In this document: one piece after another, positions 1 through 11,654 of the stretch | Numbering within the stretch: position 1 is the first letter of the stretch | Layout of the letters: every line of letters begins with the position of its first letter | Origin: Candidatus Stammera capleta | GTDB taxonomy: Bacteria > Pseudomonadota > Gammaproteobacteria > Enterobacterales > Enterobacteriaceae | Assembly: GCA_036689325.1 (NCBI GenBank) | Contig: CP144793.1 | Location: 159,578 to 223,577 of the forward strand | DNA: 64,000 nucleotides | Direction: 5' to 3' | The notes under the pieces: model-generated | Told to the model about the DNA's origin: nothing | Database searches by the model: none | Seen by the model: only the letters and a program-made list of their open reading frames with translations | Translations under genes and position numbers: made by a program

Positions 1-203
1 TTAGATAAATTTTGAAAATCAATTTTATCTTGTAATAAATTAACTTCTTCTGGTCTCCAAAAAAAAGATAATTGTCTTACAATAAGTTCTTCAAATATAT
101 AATATTTTTGTTGATCATATCTTACAATATTAACAGGTTTACCAAAAAATAAAGGTTCTTTTAATTGATCATTCTTTTTTTTATAAAAAGTAGTATAAAT
201 CAT
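1..203 (-). CDS. nrdB: ribonucleoside-diphosphate reductase beta subunit, N-terminal part only; the gene runs off the left edge of the window
   Basis: Own translation from the ATG at 203..201 gives [54 protein letters not shown]. This closely matches the E. coli NrdB N-terminus ([44 protein letters not shown]). It lies directly downstream of nrdA. Confidence 0.9.
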   Translation of the reverse strand, partial: MIYTTFYKKKNDQLKEPLFFGKPVNIVRYDQQKYYIFEELIVRQLSFFWRPEEVNLLQDKIDFQNLS

Positions 204-219
204 ATATGTTTACCAAATA

Positions 220-2523
220 TTATAAAACACAAGCATTACATGAATGGTTTTTATACAACAAATGTGACTTTTTTGTGTTCAAATTTTTAATAATATCAAT
301 TTGTGTATCTTCTGCATTATCTCTAGTATTTTGATAATACAATGTTTTTAAACCTAATTTATATGCAGTTAATAAATCTTTTAATAGTTGAGTCATAGAT
401 ATTTTGTTATCATAAAAACTTTTAGGATCATAATTAGTGTTAGCAGATATAGATTGATCAATAAATTTTTGCATAATAGCAATTAATTCTAAATAACCTT
501 TATTATTAGGTATATTCCATAATAATTCATATTTATCTCTTAAATTTATTAAATCAGGAACAACTTGTTTTAAAATTCCATCTTTAGATAATTTTATAGT
601 TATAAAACCTCTAGGTGGTTCTATACCATTAGTAGAATTAGAAACTTGTGAAGAAGTTTCACAAGGCATAATAGCAGATAATGTAGAATTACGTAAACCA
701 TATTTTTTTATATTTTTACGTAACAAGTTCCAATTAAGATGTAAAAGTTCATTACATATAAAATCTACATCTTTTTTATAAGTATCTATAGGCAATAACC
801 CTTTATAATAATTTGTTTCATGAAACAAAACACACATACCTTTTTCTTTTGCTAAAATATTAGAAGCATGTAATAAATAATATTGTATATATTCAAATAT
901 TTTATGAGTTAAATTGTTTGCAGTACCATCAGAGTAACGTACTTTGTTTTTTGCCAAAAAATAAGCAAAATTTGTTACTCCTATACCCAAAGAACGTCTA
1001 TTTAAAGCACTATTTTGTGCTACTATGAATGGATAATCTTGATAATCTAGTAATTCATCCAAAGCTCTAACTATTAAAACAGATAAATATTTTAATTCAC
1101 TTATATCATTTATTTCACCGAGATTAAAAGCTGATAAAGTACACAAACCTATTTCACCCTCATTAGATTCTGGAGAAATTAAAGGTTTAGTAGGCAAAGT
1201 AATTTCTAAACATAAATTAGATTGTTTTATAGGTGCTAAATTTACATTAAAAGCACTATGCAAATTACAATTATCTACATTTTGTATATATATTCTTCCA
1301 GTAGAAGTTCTTTCCTGCATCATTAATGTAAATAAATCTAATGCTTTTACTACTTTTTTTCTTAAAGTAACATCTTTTTCATAAATAATATATAAATGTT
1401 CAAATTTTTCTTGATCTGAAAAAAAACTATTATATAAATCAGGAACATCAACAGGATTAAATAAAGTAATATTACCTTTATTAATTAACCTATTATACAT
1501 CAATTTATTAATTTGTACTGCATAATCCATGTGTCTAACTCTGTTATCTTCAATACCTCTATTATTTTTTAAAATTAATAATTGTTCTACCTCTAAATGC
1601 CAAATAGGAAAAAATATTGTAGCAGCACCATTTCTTATACCACCTTGTGAACAACATTTAACTGCGCTCTGAAATAATTTGTAAAAAGGAATACATCCGG
1701 TATGACGAGCATCACCTAAACGAACAGGACTACCTAAAGCTCTTAATCTACCCGCATTAATACCTATTCCTGCTCTTTGAGAAATATATTTTGTTATAGC
1801 ATTTGTGGTAGCATTTATAGAATCTAAACTATCACCACATTCTATTAATATACAAGAACTAAATTGTTTCATATTAGTTCTAACACCTGCTAAAATTGGT
1901 GTAGAAAGAGAAATTTTTAAAAGAGAGATAGCATTATAGAAATCTTTAATATATTTCATTCTAATATTTTTATTATATTTAGAAAATAAACATAAAGATA
2001 TTAAAATATAAACAAATTGTATACTTTCATAAATTTGACCACTAACTCTATCTTGAATTAAATATTTTTTTTTAAATTGTTTTACAGAAACATAAGATAA
2101 ACACATATCTCTATCATGTTTAATAAAACTATTTATTATATCAAATTCTTTTTTACTATATAAAACTAACAGATTTTTATCATATTTACCTAAACGTACT
2201 AAATTACAAATATGTGTGTATAATGAAGGTGGATAAAATTGACCAAAAACTTTTTTTCTAATATAAAATATTAGTAATCTAGCAGCCATATATTGATAAT
2301 CAGGAAAATCTTCCGAAATTAAATCAGCTGTAATTTTAATTAAAATTTTATGTATATAAGAAGTTTTTATTTTGTTATAAAATTGTATATTAAATAAAGA
2401 TCTAATCTTAGATACACAAACATATTTTAAATTTCTAGAAGAAAGAAATAAAATTCTATTAATTTTTTTGTATTCAAATAACTCTTTTTTACCATTTCTT
2501 TTAATAACAAACAAATTATGCAT
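220..2523 (-). CDS. nrdA: ribonucleoside-diphosphate reductase alpha subunit (class Ia)
   Basis: 767 aa, collinear with E. coli NrdA. Shared segments include FSSCILIECGDSLDSINAT, SQRAGIGINAG, CSQGG, NLCLEI and the C-terminal Cys pair (CNACVL). Confidence 0.97.
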   Translation of the reverse strand: MHNLFVIKRNGKKELFEYKKINRILFLSSRNLKYVCVSKIRSLFNIQFYNKIKTSYIHKILIKITADLISEDFPDYQYMAARLLIFYIRKKVFGQFYPPSLYTHICNLVRLGKYDKNLLVLYSKKEFDIINSFIKHDRDMCLSYVSVKQFKKKYLIQDRVSGQIYESIQFVYILISLCLFSKYNKNIRMKYIKDFYNAISLLKISLSTPILAGVRTNMKQFSSCILIECGDSLDSINATTNAITKYISQRAGIGINAGRLRALGSPVRLGDARHTGCIPFYKLFQSAVKCCSQGGIRNGAATIFFPIWHLEVEQLLILKNNRGIEDNRVRHMDYAVQINKLMYNRLINKGNITLFNPVDVPDLYNSFFSDQEKFEHLYIIYEKDVTLRKKVVKALDLFTLMMQERTSTGRIYIQNVDNCNLHSAFNVNLAPIKQSNLCLEITLPTKPLISPESNEGEIGLCTLSAFNLGEINDISELKYLSVLIVRALDELLDYQDYPFIVAQNSALNRRSLGIGVTNFAYFLAKNKVRYSDGTANNLTHKIFEYIQYYLLHASNILAKEKGMCVLFHETNYYKGLLPIDTYKKDVDFICNELLHLNWNLLRKNIKKYGLRNSTLSAIMPCETSSQVSNSTNGIEPPRGFITIKLSKDGILKQVVPDLINLRDKYELLWNIPNNKGYLELIAIMQKFIDQSISANTNYDPKSFYDNKISMTQLLKDLLTAYKLGLKTLYYQNTRDNAEDTQIDIIKNLNTKKSHLLYKNHSCNACVL

Positions 2524-2740
2524 AATATAATCCCATATAAAGAAATCAACTTTAATTAAAAAAAAACAAAAATAAAAATTTAAAAATTTTACAAATAAAT
2601 TATGAATAAATTATTGTAATGCAAAATTATTCATTTAAATTTTTAAAATTTTTAGAATAAATGAAAAATACAATTGTATTACGTTTATAATATTATTAAT
2701 ATTAACACAAAATATTTTAAATAAAAAAATTAAAACATAA

Positions 2741-5224
2741 ATGATTACAAGTACAAATCAAAAAAAAATAATACATATAGAAAAAGAAATTAAAAAATCA
2801 TATTTAAATTACGCTATGTCTGTAATTATTGGAAGAGCATTACCAGATATCAGAGATGGATTAAAACCTGTACACAGACGAATTTTATATGCTATGTTTA
2901 AACTAAACAATACTTATAATAAACCATATAAAAAGTCTGCTAGAATAGTAGGAGATGTTATAGGTAAATACCATCCTCACGGAGATAATGCAGTTTATGA
3001 AAGTATAGTCAGAATGGCTCAAAATTTTTCTTTACGCTATCCTTTAATAGATGGACAAGGAAATTTTGGTTCTATTGATGGAGATTCTGCAGCAGCAATG
3101 AGATACACAGAAATAAGAATGTCTAAAATAACACAAGAATTTTTAAAAGATATAAAAAAAGATACTGTATATTTTTCCTATAATTATGATGCTACTAAAA
3201 AAATACCAGAAATATTACCTACTAAAATACCAAATATTTTAATAAATGGATCTACAGGTATAGCTGTAGGAATGGCTACAAATATACCTCCACATAACAT
3301 TACTGAAGTAATGAATGCATTAATAGCTTGTTTAGAAACTAAAAACATTAAAACATCAACTTTACTAAAATATATAAAAGGACCTGATTTTCCAACAGGA
3401 GGAATAATTGAAAAAAACGATGAAATATACAAAGCATATAAAACAGGTAAAGGTACTTTGCAAGTAAAAGCTAAAATTAAAATAGAAAAAAAAAACAAAC
3501 AAAATAATATCGTTATTACTGAAATTCCATACCAAATAAACAAAAAAAAACTAATAGAAAAAATATTGATGTTCATTAAAGAAAAAAAAATAGAAGGTAT
3601 TAAAAATATTAGTGATGAATCTAATAAAGAAGGTATGAGAATAGTTATTCAACTAAAAAAAAATACTAATATTAATTTAACTATAAATAAATTATTTTTA
3701 TTAACAAACTTAAAAATATCTTACGGAATAAATATTGTTGCTTTATATAAAAAAAAACCTAAAATATTTAATTTAAAACAGATATTAAAAATATTTATTA
3801 AATACAGAAAAAGAATAATTATAAAAAAAACTATATATAATATATATCAATTAAAAAAAAAAATTCATATTTTTGAAGGATTTTTAATTACTATATATAA
3901 TATAGATAAAATTTTAAAAATTATAAAAACATCTTCTACAAAATTAACAGCTAAAAAAATATTATTAAAAAAAAAATGGATATTAAATAAAAATTTTAAC
4001 TATTTTATTAAAAAAACTCACAAATATAAATTAAGTGAAAAACAAACAAAATCTATATTAAATTTAAGTTTAAGTAAATTAACTAAAATAGAACAAAACA
4101 AAATAATTATAAAATATAAAAAATACATAAAAAAAATTACTAAATTACAAAAAATAATAAAAGAAAAAAAAACTTTAAAAAAAATATTAAAAGAAGAATT
4201 TGAAAATACAAGAAAAATTTTTGGTGATAAAAGACATACAAAGATAATTAAAGTATCAAAACCAAATATCATCACTAATCTAATTAAAAAAGAAAAAGTA
4301 CTTATAATTCTAACTAAAAATAATTATATACATACTCAATTAATATCAGAATATGATATACAACATAAAGGAGGAAAAGGCAAATTAGCTATAAAAATGC
4401 AAAGTAACGATGTAGTTAAAAAGATACTTATAACCAACACCCATAGTGATATACTTCTTTTTAGCAATATAGGAAGATTATTTTTTATAACTACATATAA
4501 ATTACCACTACAAAAAAGAACCACAAAAGGTAAACCTTTAATTAATTATATCAACCTAAACAAAAAAGAAACTATATCTATTATAATAGCTACTAAAAAG
4601 GAAAAAATAAAAAACAAAAAAATATTAATAATTACTAAAAAGGGTATAATTAAAAAAATTAAAGGTAAAGAAATCAACATAAAAAGAAATGTTGGATTAA
4701 ATTTAATACATTTAAAAAAACACGATGTATTAAAAGATGTTCAAATAATTGATAAACAAAAAGAAATTATGTTATTTACAAAATTAGGAAAAACAACAAG
4801 ATTCTTAATTAAAGATATTAGAAATACTAAAAGAACTTCTTTAGGAATTACAGGAATAAAACTATCTAATCATGACAAAGTAATATCATTAATAACTTTT
4901 AAAAACATTAAAGATCATATAATTATAGTAACAAAAAATGGATATGGCAAAATAACACCTTTAAAAGAATTTCCTAGAAAATCAAGAGCAACAAAAGGTC
5001 TAATATTTATTAAAATTAATAAAAAAAATGGTTCAGTAGTAAAAATAAACAAATTAAACTTTAACAAAAAAAATCAACAAATAATATTAATTACTAATTT
5101 AGGTAATCTTATGCGTATATTAATTAAAGAGATTAATATTTTAAAAAGAAACACCCAAGGTATAATTTTAATTAGAATGAACAATACTGTAGAAGAAAAA
5201 ATTGCTGATATTCAAAATATTTAA
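2741..5224 (+). CDS. gyrA: DNA gyrase subunit A
   Basis: 827 aa. Matches include [29 protein letters not shown], the [18 protein letters not shown] quinolone-resistance region, and AAMRYTE containing the active-site Tyr. Confidence 0.97.
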   Translation: MITSTNQKKIIHIEKEIKKSYLNYAMSVIIGRALPDIRDGLKPVHRRILYAMFKLNNTYNKPYKKSARIVGDVIGKYHPHGDNAVYESIVRMAQNFSLRYPLIDGQGNFGSIDGDSAAAMRYTEIRMSKITQEFLKDIKKDTVYFSYNYDATKKIPEILPTKIPNILINGSTGIAVGMATNIPPHNITEVMNALIACLETKNIKTSTLLKYIKGPDFPTGGIIEKNDEIYKAYKTGKGTLQVKAKIKIEKKNKQNNIVITEIPYQINKKKLIEKILMFIKEKKIEGIKNISDESNKEGMRIVIQLKKNTNINLTINKLFLLTNLKISYGINIVALYKKKPKIFNLKQILKIFIKYRKRIIIKKTIYNIYQLKKKIHIFEGFLITIYNIDKILKIIKTSSTKLTAKKILLKKKWILNKNFNYFIKKTHKYKLSEKQTKSILNLSLSKLTKIEQNKIIIKYKKYIKKITKLQKIIKEKKTLKKILKEEFENTRKIFGDKRHTKIIKVSKPNIITNLIKKEKVLIILTKNNYIHTQLISEYDIQHKGGKGKLAIKMQSNDVVKKILITNTHSDILLFSNIGRLFFITTYKLPLQKRTTKGKPLINYINLNKKETISIIIATKKEKIKNKKILIITKKGIIKKIKGKEINIKRNVGLNLIHLKKHDVLKDVQIIDKQKEIMLFTKLGKTTRFLIKDIRNTKRTSLGITGIKLSNHDKVISLITFKNIKDHIIIVTKNGYGKITPLKEFPRKSRATKGLIFIKINKKNGSVVKINKLNFNKKNQQIILITNLGNLMRILIKEINILKRNTQGIILIRMNNTVEEKIADIQNI

Positions 5225-5235
5225 AAAAAACCATC

Positions 5236-6660
5236 CTAAAGAATATGAATAGAAATTGTATTACTAATACCCGGAAAAACCAAAGCACCAGAAACCATTA
5301 CAACAATATCGTTTTTTTTGCCATATTTACGTGAAATAGCTATATCTTTACCTAAATTATAAAAATCATCAATAGAAAATATAGAATTATTTTTAAGCAA
5401 CAAAGGTATTACTCCTTTAACTAAAAGTAATTGTTTAGAAATAATTTTATTTTCAGTCAAAGCTAAAATTAAAGAATAAGGAAAATACTTTCTAATAAAT
5501 AAAGCAGATTTACCTCTTTTTGTATAAACTATAATTAAAGAACATTTTAATTTTGTAGCAATATCAACAGAACTTTTACAAATAACTTCACTAATAGAAA
5601 TGATATCTTTCTTGTTATATAAAGGTTTATAATTTTGCATAGACATATCTGTCCTTTTACAAATATTAGACATAATTTGCACTGTTTCTACGGGATAGCT
5701 ACCTTTTGCACTTTCAGCGGATAACATCACAGCATCTGTGCCATCAAGTACAGCATTGGCTACATCTCCAGCCTCAGCCCTAGTAGGTCTAGGATTATTA
5801 ATCATGGATTCCAACATTTGAGTAGCTGTTATGACAACTTTGCAAAAATAATTACACTTACTAATCATCATTTTTTGAGCAAAAATTACTTCTTCAACAG
5901 GAATTTCCACTCCTAAATCACCTCTAGCAACCATAATTCCGTCTGAAACATTTAAAATATCATCAAAATTACGTAATCCTTCTTTAGTTTCTATTTTAGA
6001 TATAATCTGTATATTATCTCCTTTATAATATTTTAATAAATTTCTTATTTCTAAAACATCACTGCTTTGTCTAATAAAAGAAGCAGCTACAAAATCAATT
6101 TTATTTTTACATGCAAAAACAAGATCTTTTTTATCCTGATCAGTTAAAGAAGGTAAAGTTATAGAACTACCAGGTAGATTAATACCTTTATTTATACCTA
6201 AAATACCACTATTTAAAACTTTACAAACTATTTTTTTATAATCTTTTAATACTTCTATAACTTTCATAGAAATTAAGCCATCATCTACCAAAATAAGATT
6301 ACCTACGTTAACCTCATATACCAAATTTTCATAAGATATACCCACACTTTTACTATCTCCAATATATTGTTTATCACACACAAAAGTAAATAATTGATTA
6401 ATTTGTAAAAATATATTTTGAGAATCTTTAAAACTTAGAGTGCGTATTTCAGGTCCTTTTGTGTCTAATAAAATAGCTATTTTTTTTTTAGTTAATTTCA
6501 TAGCACATTTTAAATTATTAATACATTTCTGATGTTCAAAGATATTACCATGAGAAAAATTTAATCTTGCTACATCCATTCCAGAATTTAATAATTTCAT
6601 TAAAACTTTTATTTTATTAGTAGATGGTCCTATAGTACATACTATTTTAGTTTTTTTCAT
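5236..6660 (-). CDS. pykF: pyruvate kinase (type I, PykF-like)
   Basis: 474 aa. [42 protein letters not shown] and [26 protein letters not shown] fit E. coli PykF better than PykA. Confidence 0.94.
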   Translation of the reverse strand: MKKTKIVCTIGPSTNKIKVLMKLLNSGMDVARLNFSHGNIFEHQKCINNLKCAMKLTKKKIAILLDTKGPEIRTLSFKDSQNIFLQINQLFTFVCDKQYIGDSKSVGISYENLVYEVNVGNLILVDDGLISMKVIEVLKDYKKIVCKVLNSGILGINKGINLPGSSITLPSLTDQDKKDLVFACKNKIDFVAASFIRQSSDVLEIRNLLKYYKGDNIQIISKIETKEGLRNFDDILNVSDGIMVARGDLGVEIPVEEVIFAQKMMISKCNYFCKVVITATQMLESMINNPRPTRAEAGDVANAVLDGTDAVMLSAESAKGSYPVETVQIMSNICKRTDMSMQNYKPLYNKKDIISISEVICKSSVDIATKLKCSLIIVYTKRGKSALFIRKYFPYSLILALTENKIISKQLLLVKGVIPLLLKNNSIFSIDDFYNLGKDIAISRKYGKKNDIVVMVSGALVFPGISNTISIHIL

Positions 6661-6695
6661 TTAAAAATCACAATTTAAATTAAATTTTTAATAAA

Positions 6696-6767
6696 TGCGT
6701 TCTAGTGGATTTGAACCACTGACTTCCATTACGTCAAAATGGCACTCTACCTCTGAGTTAAGAACGC
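6696..6767 (-). tRNA. tRNA-Val (anticodon GAC), no encoded CCA
   Basis: Hand-folded cloverleaf: GCGTTCT-TA-ACTC-AGAGGTA-GAGT-G-CCATT-TTGACGT-AATGG-AAGTC-AGTGG-TTCAAAT-CCACT-AGAACGC-A. It resembles E. coli tRNA-Val(GAC). Confidence 0.92.
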
Positions 6768-6878
6768 AATAATATATTTAAAAATATTATAAAATACAGT
6801 ACTTATTATTGCAAATAATATTAAATATGTCTATATATATATTATGAGACATGTTTAAACTATAAAAAAAATAAAATT

Positions 6879-8129
6879 ATGAAAAAAAATATTATTCAAA
6901 TACTTAATGAAAGAATGTTAATTTCACAAATATCTAATAAAAATAAATTAGATAAAATATTGCAAAAAAAAATTAACATATATTGTGGTTTTGATCCTAC
7001 CTATAAAAGTCTTCACCTAGGACACCTTATACCTCTTATAACAATGAAAAGATTTAAAAAACTTGGACATAATATATATATCTTAATAGGTGAAACTACA
7101 GCTATAATAGGTGACCCTAGTTACAAAAAAAAAGAAAGAATATCTCTTTCTAATAAAAAAATAATATTTTATGTTAAAAAAATAAAAAAACAAATAAAAA
7201 AAATATTAAAAATAAAAGATAATTCTATATTAAATAATAAAAAATGGCTTAACAAAATAAATATAATTTTTTTTTTAAAAAATATAGGTATTCACTTCAC
7301 AATTAATCAGATAATGAATAAAGAAGCAATAAAAAAAAGAATTAAAAAAAATCAAAAACACGTCACTTTTAGTGAAATATCATATAACATATTACAAAGT
7401 TATGATTTTTTATATTTATATAAAAAATATAACATTAAACTCCAAATAGGAGGTTCAGATCAATGGGGAAATATTACTTCTGGTATAAATTTAATCAATA
7501 AAAAAATAAAAAAAGAAACATTCGGTATAACTTTACCTTTAATGGTAAAAAATAACGGTGAAAAGTTTGGCAAAACAGAAAATAAAACTTTATGGTTAGA
7601 TAAAAATTTAACCTCACCATATAAATTTTATCAATTTTGGTTAAATATTCCTGACAATCAAGTAGAAATTTTTTTAAAACAATTAACCTTTATAAAAATA
7701 AAAAAAATAAAATATATTATAAAAAATAACAATTTTATCAAAAGCAAACAAATATTAGCTCAAAAAATAACAAAAATAGTACATGGTGAAAAAGAATACA
7801 AAAAAGCGTTACATATTACTAATATATTTTTTTTAAATATAAAAAAAAACAAAAATATAACACAAAAAAATTTAAAATTTTTATCTAAGCAAAATATTTC
7901 AAAAATAAAAACAAAAAAAAATATTTCTTTAAAAAACGCACTAGTTTTACTAAAAATAACTAAAACAAAAACACAATCTTTTAATTTAATTGTTAACAAC
8001 GCAATTTCTGTAAATAATAAAATAATTAATAATCCAAATTATAAATTTAAAAAACAAGATAAATTATATTTTAAATATACTATTATTAAAAAAAGTAAAA
8101 AAACATTTTCATTGATAATATGGGTTTAA
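6879..8129 (+). CDS. tyrS: tyrosine--tRNA ligase
   Basis: 416 aa. Contains the HIGH motif (SLHLGHLIPL), QIGGSDQWGNITSG, a KMSKS-like KFGKTE, and SPYKFYQFW. Confidence 0.96.
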   Translation: MKKNIIQILNERMLISQISNKNKLDKILQKKINIYCGFDPTYKSLHLGHLIPLITMKRFKKLGHNIYILIGETTAIIGDPSYKKKERISLSNKKIIFYVKKIKKQIKKILKIKDNSILNNKKWLNKINIIFFLKNIGIHFTINQIMNKEAIKKRIKKNQKHVTFSEISYNILQSYDFLYLYKKYNIKLQIGGSDQWGNITSGINLINKKIKKETFGITLPLMVKNNGEKFGKTENKTLWLDKNLTSPYKFYQFWLNIPDNQVEIFLKQLTFIKIKKIKYIIKNNNFIKSKQILAQKITKIVHGEKEYKKALHITNIFFLNIKKNKNITQKNLKFLSKQNISKIKTKKNISLKNALVLLKITKTKTQSFNLIVNNAISVNNKIINNPNYKFKKQDKLYFKYTIIKKSKKTFSLIIWV

Positions 8130-8150
8130 TATAAATATTTATAATAATAT

Positions 8151-8907
8151 TTAATATCCTTCCACAAAAATATGTTGCCCTCTAATTAAATTAAACTTAT
8201 TCTTTAATAGTAAACAAATATTATCAATCATAACTATATTGCCACATATCATAAAATAATTGCTTTTATTATTAATTTGAACATTAATTAAATTTTCTAA
8301 ATATCCATTAAGAAGTAAACTATAAATTCTTCCACTTATAATAAAAAAATCATAATTATGATATTCTATATGTTCTCGACTAACAATATTTATACAAATA
8401 AAAAAATTTTTAGGATATAAATTTTTAATATAAAAAATACGATTTTTATAATTTAAATCACTATAATACCTTACTAAATTAACTAAAATTATTTTTTTAA
8501 ACTTAAAAAGTATTAATTTCCTATTACTAGTTAATATAGATAAAAATGGTGCTATAGCAGTTCCAGCACCAATCATCCATAATATATTATTTTTAGGTAT
8601 ATTATCTATTAGAAAATCACCATAGGCATTACATGAATTATAAATTATATCATTTACATTTAAATGAAAAAGTAAATTACTTAAACCTTGTTTCCTATTA
8701 TATATATAAAATTCTAATAATTTATCTTTATTAGAACTTACAATAGAATACTCTTTAAATAAAATCACTCCTTTATTATTTTTAATCCCTAATTTTAGAT
8801 ATTGTCCAGGATAAAAAGGAGTTTTTTTTTTTAATAAAAATAGTAAATAAATTATTTCTCCACCTAATAATTTTTTGTACTTTATTTAACACCCAATGAA
8901 ACAACAT
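8151..8907 (-). pseudogene. fpr: ferredoxin/flavodoxin-NADP+ reductase (Fpr). The gene is full length but split by a 1-nt frameshift inside an A11 tract, and may be rescued by slippage.
   Basis: The ORF track calls only 8151..8768 (GTG start; GAGTAIAPFLSIL NADP domain). Own translation from the ATG at 8907 gives MLFHWVLNKVQKIIRWRNNLFTIFIKKK, matching the E. coli Fpr N-terminus MADWVTGKVTKVQNWTDALFSLTV. After the A-run the conserved continuation TPFYPGQYLKLGIKNNKGVILFKEYS is in the next frame. Removing one A gives a 251-aa protein (E. coli Fpr is 248 aa). Confidence 0.85.
8822..8832 (-). repeat. homopolymer A11 in mRNA sense (T11 on the plus strand); this is the fpr frameshift site
   Basis: Counted directly: g at 8821, then 11 t at 8822..8832. 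The two conserved fpr reading frames meet here. Confidence 0.9.
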
Positions 8908-8921
8908 TATAAGCAAAACAT

Positions 8922-10241
8922 TTATTTTATAAAAGATTTAAAAATATTAAATCCACCATACAAACATTTATTACCTAATTCTTCTTCAATGCGAATTAAT
9001 CTATTATATTTTGATACTCTTTCAGATCTACTTAAAGAACCAGTCTTTATTTGCCCAGAATTAACTCCTACAGATAAATCAGCTATAGTGGTATCTTCAG
9101 TTTCTCCAGATCTATGAGAAACTATGACATTATAATTATTTTTTTTTGCTACACTTATAGTATTTAAAGTTTCTGTTAACGTTCCAACTTGATTTAATTT
9201 TATTAAAATAGAATTAGCAACTTTTGCATTTATACCTTTTTTTAAAAGAGATACATTAGTAACAAATAAATCATCACCAACAATTTGAATGTCTTTGTTT
9301 AATTTTTTAGTCAAGAAACAAAAACCTTCCCAATCATATTCACTTAAAGGATCCTCAACAGATAAAATAGGATAATCATTTACTAATTTAAATAAATATT
9401 CTATAAAATCATTAGAAGAATATTTTTTATTTTCTCCACTTAAGAAATAAGTTTTTTCTTTTAAAGAATAAAACTCAGAAGCAGCACAATCTAATGCTAA
9501 AAAAACATCTTTACCTACTATATAACCAGCTTTTTCTATAGCTTTTATAATTAACATAATAGCTTCTTCGTTAGAAGATAAATCTGGAGCATAACCACCC
9601 TCATCTCCTATAGAAATTTTTTTATTTGTGGATTTTAATAAATTTCCTAAAACATGAAATATTTCAGCACCTATTCTAATAGCATGACGAAAACTCTTAG
9701 CATTAACAGGTTGAATCATAAATTCTTGAATATCAATATTATTATCTGCGTGACACCCACCATTAATAATATTTATCATAGGTACAGGCATAATAAAATC
9801 ACATTTATTTTTATTATTATTATTACTAAATAAATTAAATATATATTTATATAAAGGTAATTTTAAAGAACATGCAGAAGCTTTTGCTACCGCTAAAGAA
9901 ACAGCTAGAATTGAATTGGCACCTAATTTTGATTTGTTTTCTGTACCATCAAAATCAATCATAATTTGATCTATTACAGATTGATCAAAAGAATGTAAAC
10001 CAATTATTTCTTTAGCAATGATATTATTGATAATAAAAACAGATTTCATAACACCTTTACCTAAAAATCTACTTGAATCATTATCACGTAACTCTAAAGC
10101 TTCAAAGGAACCAGTCGACGCGCCAGAAGGCACAATAGCTCTACCTACAGAACCATCACTTAAAGTAATTTCCGATTCTACAGTTGGAAAACCTCTTGAA
10201 TCTATTACTTCTCTACCTAAAACTTTTACTATTTTAATCAT
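8922..10241 (-). CDS. eno: enolase
   Basis: [22 protein letters not shown] aligns with the E. coli [22 protein letters not shown]. Also PSGASTGS and [15 protein letters not shown]. The ORF track extends to a TTG at 10253 (MGFNM); the ATG at 10241 fits homologs better. Confidence 0.96.
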   Translation of the reverse strand: MIKIVKVLGREVIDSRGFPTVESEITLSDGSVGRAIVPSGASTGSFEALELRDNDSSRFLGKGVMKSVFIINNIIAKEIIGLHSFDQSVIDQIMIDFDGTENKSKLGANSILAVSLAVAKASACSLKLPLYKYIFNLFSNNNNKNKCDFIMPVPMINIINGGCHADNNIDIQEFMIQPVNAKSFRHAIRIGAEIFHVLGNLLKSTNKKISIGDEGGYAPDLSSNEEAIMLIIKAIEKAGYIVGKDVFLALDCAASEFYSLKEKTYFLSGENKKYSSNDFIEYLFKLVNDYPILSVEDPLSEYDWEGFCFLTKKLNKDIQIVGDDLFVTNVSLLKKGINAKVANSILIKLNQVGTLTETLNTISVAKKNNYNVIVSHRSGETEDTTIADLSVGVNSGQIKTGSLSRSERVSKYNRLIRIEEELGNKCLYGGFNIFKSFIK

Positions 10242-10419
10242 ATTAAAACCCAATCAATTAATTATTTACAATTATGTAAAAATATTAAACATAAAATATT
10301 AATTATAATTATAAATTAAAAAAAAATTTTTGTATATAACGGTTAAAATCTTTAAATAAATAAAAGATTAAAAAATAAATATTATTGATTTTTATAAAAA
10401 ATTATATTACCATATTATT

Positions 10420-10491
10420 AGCGGAGTGGAGCAGAGGTAGCTCATCGGGCTCATAACCCGAAGGTCGTTGGTTCAAATCCAACCTCCGCAA
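10420..10491 (+). tRNA. initiator tRNA-fMet (anticodon CAT), no encoded CCA
   Basis: A-GCGGAG-TG-GAGC-AGAGGTA-GCTC-A-TCGGG-CTCATAA-CCCGA-AGGTC-GTTGG-TTCAAAT-CCAAC-CTCCGC-A-A. It has three G:C pairs closing the anticodon stem and a 1x72 mismatch (A.A), both initiator hallmarks. It is close to E. coli tRNA-fMet. Confidence 0.92.
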
Positions 10492-10885
10492 TTCAATTTA
10501 GTAAAATAAATAAAAAATTACAATACCTTTTTACAATAAAAAAATATTTTTTTTAAAACATAAAAAAGTATAAAAATTTTAAAAAAAAAAAAAAGGAACG
10601 CAAAAAAATAATAAAATATTTTAAAATAAAATTTAATAAAAAAACAAAAAGAAAATAAATTAAATAATAAATTAGACATTAGTATTTTTTTATACATTTT
10701 TAAAGTAACCTATTAATAAGAAATATTGAATATTATTATATTGTATAATAGAATAATTTTTAAAATAAAATTATGTTAAAATATTTAAATCATGTAAATA
10801 AAAATATACATTAAATAATTTAAAATTTTTAATTTAATTTAAAAATATTTTAACTTTATATATATAATTTATAAAAGATAATATT

Positions 10886-11638
10886 TTATTTATAAAACAC
10901 AGAATATAAATATAATCCAGAAGCATCAATTAAATTAACATTTAATTTTGTTTTTAACAATAAAACATCTGTTATATAATGCAAAGAATATTTGCCTCGT
11001 GCTACTAATAATAACACTGAAATTATATTACGAATCATATGATATAAAAAAGAGTTGCCTTTAATATCAAAAAAAATATATGAATTTTTTTTATAAATAT
11101 TAAAATAAAAAATATTTCTGATATAACTAAAAGTTTTATTTTTTGAAGAAGTAAAAAAACGAAAATTATGTTGACCACAAAATAATTTAGAAGCTTTAAT
11201 TATTAGTGGAAAATCAATATTATAAGGATAATAAGCAACTTGTTTATGTAGTAAACTACAACGAATTTTAGAATTACAAAGAATATATATATATCTCCTA
11301 GCAATAGCACTAAAACGAGCGTGAAAATTATTATCAATATATTTTATATATTTAAAAGAAATATCTTTAGGTAATATTGCATTACTACCGTATAACCATT
11401 CATTTTTTTTTCTACAAGCAAATGTATCAAAATGAAAAATCTGATTTACACCGTGTACTCCAGAATCAGTTCTACTAGCACAATATATATATATTGTATG
11501 ATTAGCAATTTTAGATAAACATTTTTCTATTACACTTTGCACAGTTATTCTATTAGGTTGTTTTTGCCAACCATAATAATTAGAACCATTATATTCTACA
11601 CAAACCAATATTCTTTGAATATTTTTTAAAATAAACAT
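10886..11638 (-). CDS. truA: tRNA pseudouridine(38-40) synthase
   Basis: VEYNGSNYYGWQKQ, CASRTDSGVHG (catalytic Asp), FHARFSAIARRY and FLYHMIRNI. The ORF track starts at a TTG at 11665, which overlaps rplS; the first ATG is at 11638. Confidence 0.92.
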   Translation of the reverse strand: MFILKNIQRILVCVEYNGSNYYGWQKQPNRITVQSVIEKCLSKIANHTIYIYCASRTDSGVHGVNQIFHFDTFACRKKNEWLYGSNAILPKDISFKYIKYIDNNFHARFSAIARRYIYILCNSKIRCSLLHKQVAYYPYNIDFPLIIKASKLFCGQHNFRFFTSSKNKTFSYIRNIFYFNIYKKNSYIFFDIKGNSFLYHMIRNIISVLLLVARGKYSLHYITDVLLLKTKLNVNLIDASGLYLYSVFYK

Positions 11639-11654
11639 AATCAAAAATATTTTA

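Noticed and set aside
3184-3576. A 130-aa ORF antisense to gyrA, plus smaller antisense or out-of-frame ORFs in the track (for example 4018..4275, 10018..10302, 14181..14375, 24203..24523, 32833..33021, 36508..36813, 46699..47203)
   Set aside because: All of them lie inside strongly conserved genes on the other strand or in another frame. They encode low-complexity Phe/Ile/Leu/Lys-rich strings and have no homology signal that I recognise.
6827-6852. An inverted repeat ATGTCT-(14 nt of AT)-AGACAT in the tyrS leader, considered as a possible regulatory hairpin
   Set aside because: The stem is only 6 bp with an AT-only loop. Such palindromes are expected by chance in this composition, and gammaproteobacterial tyrS is not known to use a T-box or similar leader.
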